From the NCBI GenBank assembly GCA_030770535.1, contig JASVEC010000001.1, positions 62,001 to 126,000 on the forward strand: a stretch of DNA of 64,000 bases, in the 5' to 3' direction. A program made the translations under genes and the position numbers. The first letter of the stretch is position 1. Each line of letters begins with the position of its first letter. Below the pieces are notes generated by a model, which had not been told where the DNA came from, ran no database searches, and saw nothing but the letters and a program-made list of their open reading frames with translations. Of the stretch, positions 53,136-64,000 are shown in pieces. The DNA comes from Batkoa obscura. Its lineage: Eukaryota.

Positions 53136-54285
53136 TGAGCACTGGTCTTTAAATTATATTATCTTCATGTTTTTTATCCTTGTCCTCATATCCTTTTTCA
53201 CTCAACTAGTTTCTCCTTCGGTATCTTTTCTGGCAATCATTATATGAACTAACTTCCAACTAAGGCTCAACATTTTTCCGATTTTAACTTATTGTAAATA
53301 AAACAAATTAAGCATAGATATTAAGAAAACAAAGGGCTTTTTTTCGTGCTAAAGTAATCAAGTAGGTATTTAAGATACCAAGTAGGTATTTAAGATATTG
53401 AAAAACTTAACTAGCTACGTCATGAGTGTTAGAATAATATAATGTAGCTTTTAAAATAATCTGAAATTTTAAGCAAGTCCATCTAGTAAAGAAATAAAAT
53501 TATAACGTCAACATATTTTACAGGCAAATAATTGCTGCTTTTCTACACAAAAAAATTATATTGCATCCAGTGACTAATTTTTTTTGTCTAAAAGTTTTGT
53601 TTACTTTAAAAACTAATTGGATTTGTCGAAGTGGAAAGCTGTTAGAACATGGAATATTTGCCTAGTTACTACCAACTTTCTTAATAGTCGCTAGTAATTG
53701 GGCAATTATTCCGTTTTTCACACTTTTCTACTTCAAGTTTATGTTAATTAAAATAGTAATTTTTGATTTTGATTCGCTTTTTATTTCTAAAAATAGAATT
53801 CCTTTCATATTTAGTATTAAATTTTCATACATACTGCTTATAACGCGCATATATGCATATGACGAAAAAAAAATCAGGAAATTTGGATTTTTTAATTTTG
53901 TAAAAGTCAGTTAATGGCTTAGTTAGTGATTATCAACCACAGGAGTCACAGATCAATTCATCCAATAATTTCATTTAAATGTCTAAAAAATAAGTTTAAC
54001 TAAACAATTTAATAAAATTTAAAAACAATTTAAATTTTATTTCAATTTGAAGTTTCAAAAAGAATAATAAGTGAAAAACCAAGTTATTAATTAGCAATAA
54101 AATTAGAGTTTATTAAGCTAATTTTATTAACATGTATTTGTTATAACTATCCACTATTTTTGAATTTTAAAGAACGACATAGTATCAAAATATTATTACA
54201 ATGTAGTAATCATAAACATAACAAAAAATATTTAATTAAGTAATAGTACATTCAAAAATTAAAAATTAAAAATTAAAGTTAATAT

Positions 54286-54392
54286 ATGGGGGTGTATTTT
54301 TGTGTTCAAGAATTTTACTAACAATTTTTCCGCTCAAATAGCGCTTAAAAAATGGAAAAAGTGATGAAGCCAAAAAAAACATCCCCATATAT
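54286..54392. mobile_element. MITE family A, near-consensus copy
   Basis: ATATGGGGGTG...CATCCCCATAT. Confidence 0.9.
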
Positions 54393-55103
54393 AAAATATT
54401 AAAAAGTTTTGAGAAGATTTAAAATAAAAGATCCTAGTAATAATAATAATAAATATGTTGATAAGTATATAAAAAAATACATGCTTTATAGATGCTTAAG
54501 TGCTTTTACTTTTTTTAAATTTATTTTATTAATTAAGCTTTTTAAATAAACATGTATTATAAGCTTTTAAATTTTGATTTTATTATAGCAATTCCAATCT
54601 TTTTGGAGATTTATAAAACAAATTTTAAGAGGAAGCTATCGGCGTCAAAGTAAGTTTGGACTTTATTAGATTAGCAGTTTACACTCAAGGAGGAACGAGA
54701 TAGGTGATGCGGCCAAGAAATCAAATATCAACTTTGAGGGGGGTGAGGCAATGGGCAAGATGATTGATGGAAGGATAATGGAGTAGATGGATAAGTTAAT
54801 ACCGAATTCTTATCATTTTTTAATTATTTTTTTAACTCTACTCTTTTGATTAATATAGCTATAACTCTAGCCCACTGATTTTGTCTGTAGCAAATAGCCT
54901 TTAGAGCATATATATATATAGCATTCAATACCATCTAATACAAGGCTTTAAATTATCTTTTTTTTAATCTTTTTCTATTTTGACATGATTAATTTTAATT
55001 AAAGATTGATTTGACCTTTTTATACAGCTAAAAATATATTATCGTTTTCTTTTTTAATCCTTGAGCCTTTATACATAATAGCTCTTTATCTTTCATTTGA
55101 CCC

Positions 55104-55563
55104 TGTGGAAGTTGGTACTCAGTGGTAGGAGTTAAAAACAGTTCTTGCTTGATTAATTTGCCTTGAGTCGAACGGTCTTAGTTTATGTAACTAAGATAGA
55201 CTTAAATGAACAGGAATAATACGTAATAAGCTACGAACTATGTAAAACAAATAGAATAGACAATACTACTGTAAAATCTACGTAAGGTATTGTCAGAAAG
55301 ACTTAGTGGCTTTATTAATAGTACGATATCAGGGAGTAATTCAATTAAAAAGCCTCGAGTTATCATGTTGAAGAATCTCTTTTATACTCTTTGCAATATG
55401 AAGTTAGAAATCCTCACAACAAATCAAAACAAGGAACTCTGGATTGATTATACCACATGGATCACAGTCAAATTGATTACAAGACTACAACTAGTTTTGT
55501 AAACAAGTTCAATGATTATTATATTATAATTAATCCGAGAGTTAAATAAAGCAATATTTCACA
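55104..55563. mobile_element. Solo LTR, opposite orientation to the other four
   Basis: TGTG...TCACA termini; flanks ACCC/GCCC. Confidence 0.85.
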
Positions 55564-55643
55564 GCCCTAAAGCTTGTTTAAATTTATTAAAAAACTAGTT
55601 GCATTCTTAATAAACTCTTTACTGTCAATTTATATTATTTAAC

Positions 55644-55889
55644 ATATGGGTTAGTTTAAAAACTCAATTAAAGTTTTGTTCAATTCTGATTTTTAGCAAA
55701 ACTGCAAGTTTAAGCATCAAGACTATAATTTTTTTTGCTCTTGCTTAATTTTAAAATAACTACATTAGAACGTTTTTTTGCCCAGTTTTACTTAATATTT
55801 TTTTAAAAATTTTACGCCAAATGTTAAATGAACAAAAAAGTATAATTGGGAAATTTATTTTTTCAACCAAGCTTTTAAATTTGCCCATA
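55644..55889. mobile_element. MITE family B, diverged copy
   Basis: ATGGGTTAGTTTAAAA...AACCAAGCTTTTAAATTTGCCCAT; internal similarity to 33768-34005. Confidence 0.75.
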
Positions 55890-56181
55890 GCAAAATAGAG
55901 TTAATTTATTAAACCATTTGTAAGAATAGGAATGCATGCTTTAATCCTATAAAGATCAAATTGATGTTCTACTACTTGCATATTGTTATTTGAAAACATA
56001 AAAGGGATATCTACATCTAATCATAGATCAAAGTGACTTTTCATTTATAAATTTAAAAAAATAGTAATAGAATATGGAACAAATAATTATGATTTAATTA
56101 AAAACAGGTAAAATGAGAGTAAGTACTGAATTTGAAAGGAATCTTAAACATATCAACCTAATTCATTTTTTTATTTCTTAA

Positions 56182-57440
56182 ATGAAAATGGATACCAAGG
56201 TCAATACAAAATATATAATGAAAGAAGTGTTTCCAAAGGTAGCCATATTTTCTTTATCTTTGGAATGTGTAGTCATAGTAGTAACGGTTGCATTAAGCAA
56301 TTAAATCGTATTATTCAAATATAACTTTTTAAATTTAACCAATAGCAATATAAGATCGTAAATTGATAGATAGAGCCACTCTTAGGTTACAAACGGTTAT
56401 TTCATTCTATGGTACCTGGGCTCATACTTTTCCACTATGGACAAGAACAAATAATAATAAAGTTTCACCATTATGTACCTTTATTGCCTATCAATCATTA
56501 GCTTCTCCTTTATTTTATTTGTTTCTTAACGTAGCTATTGGAATCAACTTATAGATGGTCTTCATACATGACATTAATATAACTCAAAAGACTGAAGCTG
56601 TATATTGAATTGGTTCTATTTTATTTACACTTTTAGTTACTATACTACCATTAGGTAACATATGTAAATACTTTATTTATAAATTAGGCTAACCAAGCTT
56701 TTATACAGCTATTGGGGTCCTTAGATATAGTGAACTTAATGCTTGCTATTTTGCAACGGATGATGAAAATTATTCTGGATTATTGAATTTCTATGCTAAC
56801 AATTTAGTAATAATTAGCAGCATGGTTTATTTATTAGTTGTTGTAATTTTAGTATTGATAGAATTATTCCGAGGACTTAATTTAATAAAAGAGCATCAAG
56901 TAGTTATAGATGCTAGTAGACCAACTGAGATGGCAAAAAACTTTCGCTTATTAGCTTCGAAGATGTAAGATGACGTTTATTTATGTAATTATATCTTTCT
57001 GATATCTTAAACTCTAGTTTATTGTATCCAATAACTATGATTGTTACTAACTTTGGAAATGTATTAAGTCAATCCACTTATGATCTTGTAGACTATAGTT
57101 CTTATGAATTAAAAGCTTTTCCTTTTATTACGGGTGGATTATTAGGCACATTAAATTCTACTGCTTTCTTTTGCGATCCAACTGTACATCAAGTTCTGAA
57201 AACTGTATATTTGAGAGTTATAAAGAAACAAATAGTATCAAATAATATCGGATGAAATAAATTATTAGTTATTTATTAATAGATTATAATAATGATTCTT
57301 TTAGTTTAAATAATGTAGAAAGTGATAAGAATAAAAAGGAATATGATAATAATAGTCATGAAATTAAAAGTCATAATCCGATGAAATATTTAAAATTTGT
57401 AATATTTACTCTAAGGAAACTATCTATAGAAAAAAACTAA
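56182..57440 (+). pseudogene. 7TM GPCR-like gene (Git3/cAMP-receptor-like), copy 1, disrupted
   Basis: DRATLRLQ...PLC...NL...LYP...GTLN...FCDP; in-frame stops TAA 56351, TAG 56552 and TGA 56606; GC donor at intron 1; apparent 1-nt loss before the last intron. Confidence 0.8.
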
Positions 57441-57954
57441 CTTGAAATATAGATAAAGTCAGTTGTTTTTAGGAAATGATATAAAATCAATTAATGTATC
57501 AAATTATTCAAAGAACTTTTATTATTTGTTTGTTTAACTGTCTTATTTCTATCTATCACAACTCTCAATATATCATTTTAAGTATTTGATGCACAATTAA
57601 ATTATAAAATAAACCAATAAATTAATAATATTCAATAAACTAATTATAAATTTAAAAAAAAAATTTAAAGGACTAATGTTAAAAATTTCATAAATCTATT
57701 GATTTAATACCACGCCAAAATCATCAATGATTACAATTATTAAATATAACAAACTAAAAAAATGTTATAAAACATTATACAAGTATTTAAATTAGATTAT
57801 AAAGATAACATTGGGCTTTTTACAAAATCAAATTAAATGATAATATTTTACTAAAATTTCATTATAATTAAACCTTATTTTAAGTTTTATTATCGATTTT
57901 ATTTAAACATAGATTTGGGTATTTACAATTTCATATTTGTTAAACTGAAATAAG

Positions 57955-58058
57955 ATATGGGAATGTATTTTTTTGTTTGAGAATCTTACTAATAATCCTT
58001 CCACTCAAACAACACTTAAAAAATGGAAAAAGTGATGAAACCAAAAAAACATCCCCAT
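57955..58058. mobile_element. MITE family A with an LTR inserted in its terminal repeat
   Basis: Ends in CATCCCCAT, then the LTR, then CCCATAT resumes. Confidence 0.85.
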
Positions 58059-58522
58059 TGTGAAATATTGTTTTATTAGCTCTCGAATTGATTATAACAC
58101 AACAATCACTTAAGTTGCTGTATTCTCAAGTTCAAATACAATCAATTCAGAGTCCCTTATTTTGATTTGCTGCGAGAATTTCTAACTTCATATTGCAAAG
58201 AATATTATCCTCTCGTTTTGATATCCATACTTATTGGTGTATAAAAGAGATTCTTCAATATGATAACTCGAGGCTTTTTAATTGGATTACTCCCTGATAA
58301 CGTATCATTAATAAAGTCACTAAGTCTTTCTGACAACATCTGATATAGATTTTATAGTAGTATCTTCCATTGTATTTGTTTTACATAATTCGTAGCTTAC
58401 TACATACTATTTCTATTAAGTTAAGTCTACCTTAGTTACATAAACTAAGACCCTTCGACTCAAGGCAAGTTAATTAAGCAAGAGTAGCTTTTAACTTCGA
58501 CCACTAAGTATCAACTTTCACA
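58059..58522. mobile_element. Solo LTR (~464 bp) with 5-bp TSD CCCAT
   Basis: CCCAT|TGTGAA...TTCACA|CCCAT. Confidence 0.92.
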
Positions 58523-58663
58523 CCCATATTTATTTTCTATTTTTGTATTTACTGAATACAAAATTAAAATGCTTAACCCACGCTTAAATCAAATCAATAT
58601 AATGGTGCCTCTGGGCTGCTGCCGATAATTACAAAATTGTGCATATTAAGTTCATTTCTGCTG

Positions 58664-58973
58664 CAGTATTGCAAAAATTCCTCTTGCAGTATAATTTAAA
58701 CAATGATGTCGACTTATAAAATTAGGATGTATTACTGCTTGATTTTTTCTTTTTAGAAAAAATGATTATTTTTATAGGCTTTGTTCTTACTTTTAAAAAT
58801 AAAATACTCAAATTAATAGCAATGTCTATTAAAATTCATCAAACATATTGAAAAACAATCATTTATTCAAAATAATTATTTAATAAAAAGCTGAGTAAAA
58901 AATTGGTAAAATAACAAAATACCAAATCTAACTTTATTTAAAACTGCAAGAGGAATTTTATTGGCTTGAGCTG
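58664..58973. mobile_element. Possible Tc1/mariner-type MITE relic
   Basis: 17-bp perfect inverted repeat AAAATTCCTCTTGCAGT (58674-58690) / ACTGCAAGAGGAATTTT (58943-58959); outer CAG...CTG|TA. Confidence 0.5.
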
Positions 58974-59202
58974 TAGTTTTAATAATGTCTGTATGACTAA
59001 CAGGATAGACCTTGTATTAAAAATAAAAAAGCGTAGCAATTCATTTCACTTTTATGGCAATTATCCACAGATATTACTGTAATGATATTTTTCTAAAAAG
59101 TGAAAAAATACCAAAATTAATAAAAACTCGGTCAATTAACCTAATGTTCGTATTTAAAAGTAAATTTAATAATTCTAAATACAAAATAAGAACAAAATTG
59201 GC

Positions 59203-59308
59203 TATAAGGGGATGTATTTTTGTGTTTAAGAATTTTACTATTAATCTTTCCACTCAAATAGCGCTTGAAAGATAGAAAAAATAATGAACCCAAAAAAACA
59301 CCCCCATA
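59203..59308. mobile_element. MITE family A
   Basis: GGGGATGTATTT...CACCCCCAT. Confidence 0.87.
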
Positions 59309-59869
59309 ACTGGAATATAGATTAAAAAATTAAAAAAATAATCCAATTATAAATAGGGCGAGATTAAGAACTTAAAAATGTGGCATTCAATCTTAATATA
59401 GAATTCAATAGGGAGTAGCACCATAACTTAAGAAAAAGGTATTCGAATTCCATGCTTAATATTAATGAATCAAATTGATATGGAACTTTTTATTTTTTAC
59501 ATTACTATATAAGTAAGAGGCTATGACTAATTTCTATCCCCTCATAGTTCCAATATTGAAATATGAGTTTATTTATTAAAGAGTCTGTATATACTATCAA
59601 TGATTAAAGAAAGGTATATTTTTTATCCTAACGTTGACAGATATGAACAATTTATCTTTTCTCTTACCTTGTCTGTTCGTTATAGCAACGTTTTTCAAAA
59701 GTTTAATAATTTCACTAAAGAAATTCAAATCGTAAACAGCTTATTTCAATAGATGATGATGGCTATAAACAATTTCCAAACACTGTAAGTTAGCCATAAT
59801 CAAGAAGTTCTTGAAGTAGATAATAAAGCAAAAACAATATAGAAGATTTTAATGTATAAAGCTAATACC

Positions 59870-61115
59870 TTATAGGAGTTGAATTATATTAACAAGTGGC
59901 TGATTGTTGTTATCACTACCGTTATTACTATTATTATTATGATTATTTGTACCATCTTCTAAATTCAAACTGATCCCGTACAATTCTAATTCAATTTCAT
60001 TAGCTAAAAGAATATAAAATTATTATAAATAAATGAACTTAAGAAAATCCTACTATCTTCCTCTGCTTTCCTTTTCCTATTTTTAATTCTATTATAAACG
60101 GTTTTAATTGCTTTATGTACTGTTGGATCACAAAAAAAAGCAAGAAAATTTAAAGTACCACCCAGTGGGTAGGTAATATAGCTTAATGCATCTAAAGTTT
60201 CACTAGCTTCACCAAAATCATAATAAATTTGAGATATAATACCAGCAGAATAAGCCACTAACATACCTATTGGATATAACAAACTAAAAGCTTAACTAAT
60301 CGCTCAAAAAAAATATACAACTAAATAAAGTGTTACATTCGATAGCCTAATAACTTGACCGCTTTTGTAGCTTTTGATGAAAGTTCAGGATCAATTCTGG
60401 ATTTATTATGTCCAGTTATAGATACTTGTCGATTTAGTCTTAAAAATACAGCAATAACAATAACAATAAGATAAATAAGTGAAATCGATCTCTAAAGTTG
60501 GACCCCAAGTAAATCCAACATTTTCATTTGATACTCATCTCCTTCAGGTGCAATCATATAACAGCCACCGTAAGAATACCATCCAAATCGTCCTAAGGCT
60601 TAAAAACTGTTGTTAATTTATACCAATATTGTTTCAGTAATAAACTTACCTAATAGTGGAATAGAAATAATAAGGGAAAGTAATATTGGCACCAACCAGT
60701 ACTCGATTTCAATTCTCTTTGTAATTTTTTTATCATGAATAAAAATAAGTTACAAGTTAACCCCAATAGACACATTAATAAATGAATAAAACAATGTAGT
60801 AGCTACCATATTCCATCCAAAAAAAACACAAAGAGGACTAGGTCCATTAGCATAAGGTGTTTTCCATAATGAACCGGTATGTAACCAAAAATCATAAGCT
60901 GCTAAAGCGGTTTGTAATCTTAAGGAAACTCGATTTACTAATTTACTGTCATAGATAGCTAAGATAAAAATTAATATGAATTAGACTAATAGAATTAATT
61001 GATTACACATTCCAATCATAAATAAAATATCAATAGATACTAAACAAGCAGAGACGTAAGGGGCTTTTGGTACACATTATTGAGCTAAATATTGTTGGAA
61101 AGTAGATAGCTCCAT
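59870..61115 (-). pseudogene. 7TM GPCR-like gene, copy 2; three in-frame stops, no frameshift seen, 5 exons
   Basis: VNRVSLRLQ...PLC...NL*LIFIH...GRFGW...LLYP...GTLNFLAFFCDP; stops at 61077-61079 (TAA), 60750-60752 (TAA) and 60492-60494 (TAG). Confidence 0.8.
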
Positions 61116-61166
61116 AATTTTTATAAATTTAATCTATAAATTATTTTCATTCACTCTTCATTTTAT

Positions 61167-61236
61167 ATATGGGGATGTATTTTTGTGTTTAAGAATTGGT
61201 AGTAAAATTCTTAAACACAAAAATACATCCCCATAT
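61167..61236. mobile_element. Fold-back derivative of MITE A: perfect 31-bp arms with an 8-nt loop
   Basis: ATATGGGGATGTATTTTTGTGTTTAAGAATT-GGTAGTAA-AATTCTTAAACACAAAAATACATCCCCATAT. Confidence 0.92.
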
Positions 61237-61561
61237 GGAGTTATTTTACTTGATGTTGGATTAAATAATATTAGTTACAGAAATAAAGTATCCTGTTTAA
61301 AGCAATAGTATTTTTACATCACTTTTTATGATTTTTTATCTATGATAGTTACTATTTGTACCATTATTAACTTTAAAAAGAATGTGATGAGGTATTATGA
61401 TTTATTTTTTTAAAACTAAGAATTACTAATGAATTTCAAAACATTAAATATAAAACAAAAAAGTCATTTTTTTGTCTAATTTTAATTAAAAAGCAAAAGT
61501 ATCCGACAGGTTTAAATTATTTTATTATAATTTATATAAGTTAACCGAATTTCTATTAAAT

Positions 61562-62145
61562 ATAATACAGATTCCCGGATTAGCAAGGCTTTTACCAATA
61601 TGACTTATATATTGATATTAATCAAAGCTGTAGTATGTAAATAAATGCATATTTCTGTAAAACCTCATTGAGAAATGTTTATTATTGACTGCTTTATAGC
61701 CAACATTGCAGATTTGCTACCAAATAAATAAATAAATAATTTCAATATTATAATTACATTATTAATATATCACTAAGTTAATAAATAGCTGGATAGGAGG
61801 GAGTGGTTAGTCCCAAAACTGTAATTAACCATCCTTATATAATACAAGCAATATAATAATAGTTTTTACTTATCATTACAACTACTTGCTCTTTGACTAT
61901 TTATTAACTTAGCTATTAATAATTTAAGTAACATCAACATTTAGTAATTGATTTCTATCATTTAATAAGCTACTTACTTGCTTAGTAAATATTAAAACTT
62001 CCAAATTTTCAGTTATTTTTGCAAGATAAGCTGGGGTTGATCTTTTAATTTTTGTATTTTCTATAAACTCTATAACTTTAATTGTAATTATATCGCTTTT
62101 TTTTTATCTATCAGATACTGGATAGTAATGTAGTTTATTATCATG
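61562..62145. repeat. Dispersed repeat family C, inverted relative to 20600-21185
   Basis: Colinear reverse-complement match over ~580 bp. Confidence 0.75.
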
Positions 62146-62348
62146 TTTAACAAAATGTAAATACTTTTTAATACCTTGTATTATTATTATTATTTTTGTA
62201 TCTTTGTTTCTTCTATACTTTTTAAAAGTTATATATGGGGGTGTTTTCCCATTATTGACAGTTGAGTTATTAACTCTATTATGTTCACAAATAAAAATCT
62301 CAAATTTTGAAATTAATTGATTAATATCTTCTATTTTACCTAATGCTT

Positions 62349-62810
62349 TGTGAAATATTGCTTTATTTAGCTCTCGGATTGATTATAACGTAACAATCAC
62401 TTAAGTTGCTGTGTTCTCAAGTTCAAATACAATCAAATCAGAGTCCCTTATTTTGATTTGCTGCGAGAATTTCTAACTTCATATTGTAAAGAATATTATC
62501 TCCTTTTAATATCCATACTTATTGGAGTATAAAAGAGATTCTTCAATATGATAACTCGAGGCTTTTTAACTGAATTACTCCCTGATATCGTACTATTAAT
62601 AAAGCCACTAAGTCTTTCTGAAAACGTCTTACGTAGATTTTACAGTAGTATTTTCTATTCTATTTGTTTTACATAGTTCGTAACTTATTACGTATTATTC
62701 CTATTCATTTAAGTCTATCTTAGTTATATAAAGTAAGACCGTTCGACTCAAGGCAAGTTAATCAACCAAGAACTGCTTTTAACTCCTACCACTGAGTACC
62801 AACTTTCACA
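62349..62810. mobile_element. Solo LTR (~462 bp) without a matching TSD
   Basis: TGTGAA...TTCACA; flanks GCTT vs TTTT. Confidence 0.88.
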
Positions 62811-62875
62811 TTTTCTACTTAAATAGCACTTGAGAAACGGAAAAAGTGATGAAGCCAAAAAAAACATCCTCATAT
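62811..62875. mobile_element. Right half of a MITE A abutting the LTR
   Basis: AAATAGCACTTGAGAAACGGAAAAAGTGATGAAGCC...CATCCTCATAT. Confidence 0.8.
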
Positions 62876-63232
62876 AATGTTTACATACTTAATGTACAAT
62901 TTAGTTATAATCTGTTAAAACTTTTGATTGTAGTTGGCCAAGAATAACAAAGAAAATCAGTAATCCTAATAGAATTGAAATTTGGGCTAAAAATAATAAA
63001 GTTGTATTAGAAATTAAAGTACCAAATGTAAATATAAAGGTATTTTTGTTTAGTATAAAAAGTCCTAAAGTTTACATAAATATAAAAAAGTTATATTATT
63101 TAACTTTATACAAGGGCATCTATTTCTTATTTTCACTGGAGTATGTTTTCCACTGAATTGGACTGCATGTTACAAAAATTATAAATTAAAGAGGGTTTTT
63201 TGTTGATTAAAAACTCTTATAAATTACCAGAA

Positions 63233-64000
63233 TTACAAAGTTTTAATGAATTTTGAATATTGAACAGGATTTCGCCCTTCTACATCATGATAAATATTAT
63301 CATGATCCTTTTTAAATTTGTCATTTTTTACATCGTCTAAATCAAAGGCATCGTCATTATAGTCTAAAAAAATAAGATGTTAGTTGATTCATCTCGCCAC
63401 TTAATATTATATTACCTGTTTTAGTTGATTCATTTTGTTTCTTCCCAATTCTAAAGTATATTACCTTAAATGCTTGATGTATAGTTGGATCACAAAAGAA
63501 AGCAATAAAGTTAAGGGTCCCTAGTAAACCACCAGTAATAAATGAAAAAGCTTTTAAGTCTAAAGATTCAAAGTTTGCGAGATCATAAGCTGATTGACTT
63601 AATACATTTCCAAGATTAACAATAATCATGATTACTGGGTATAATAAGCTAAATATAAAATGTTAATATATATCAAATAAAAAATGAACTTAATATTACA
63701 TCCTTGAAGTTAGCAAACGAATGTTTTTTGTCATTTCAATTGAATTACTAGCATCCATAGCTACTTGATGCTCTTTTATTAAATTAGATCCTCGGAATAA
63801 TTTTATCAATACTAAAATTACAACGGCTAATAAATAAGCCATGCTGATAATTATTACTAAATTGCTAGCATAAAAATCAAGTAATCTAGAATAATTTTCA
63901 TCATCCGTTGCAAAATAGCAAGCATTAAATTTACTATACCCAAGGGCTCCAATAGCTGTGTAAAAGTCTCATTAGTACAATTTTATAAATAAAGTATTTG
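63233..64000 (-). CDS. 7TM GPCR-like gene, copy 3; 3' part only, 5' end lies beyond the window
   Basis: Three visible exons without stops; close paralogue of copy 1 (ACYFATDDENYS, LKAFxFITGGLLGTLN, FFCDPT). Confidence 0.8.

Noticed and set aside
53359..53398. Short direct duplication of CAAGTAGGTATTAAGATA
   Set aside because: Simple two-copy slippage with no further structure
55290..55502. 70-aa ORF
   Set aside because: Lies inside a solo LTR with a non-ATG start; no protein motif recognised
56182..61115. Genome-wide stop-codon reassignment (TAR read as Gln)
   Set aside because: Other genes end normally at TAA or TAG and have no internal stops; the GPCR stops align to different residues (Y, Q, W, E)
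63357..63420. Apparent frameshift or early stop at the end of GPCR copy 3 (ORF ends ...YFFRL)
   Set aside because: Explained by a GTAATA...CTAAC...TTTTAG intron; splicing restores a tail homologous to copy 1

Overview
Very AT-rich eukaryotic DNA with short GT-AG introns (about 45-150 nt). Gene content and style suggest an early-diverging fungus, probably Entomophthorales/Conidiobolus-like (inference). I read 15 apparently intact protein-coding genes: a PiT/Pho89 phosphate symporter, two paralogous bZIP factors, a membrane-anchored kelch protein, two paralogous Q/N-rich proteins, COA3, a DUF2419/QNG1 queuosine salvage enzyme, an AFG1 ATPase, a secreted trypsin, a two-RRM Mei2-like protein, a fatty-acid hydroxylase/sterol desaturase, an Rsa3-domain protein, an M14 carboxypeptidase and a C2H2 factor. 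The window ends in a cluster of three 7TM GPCR-like paralogues; two carry in-frame stops and the third is cut by the window edge. Intergenic space holds more than 20 copies of a ~105 bp MITE (family A), a ~230 bp MITE (family B), five ~460-540 bp solo LTRs and decayed transposon relics. Main leads: a stop codon at the same position (TAG vs TAA) in two divergent GPCR paralogues; an intronless trypsin bracketed by near-identical inverted MITEs; a prion-like/glycine-zipper protein pair; a phased cluster of E2F-like sites; and C>T/G>A decay of repeats. All exon models and alignments were done by eye, so repeat boundaries are approximate.
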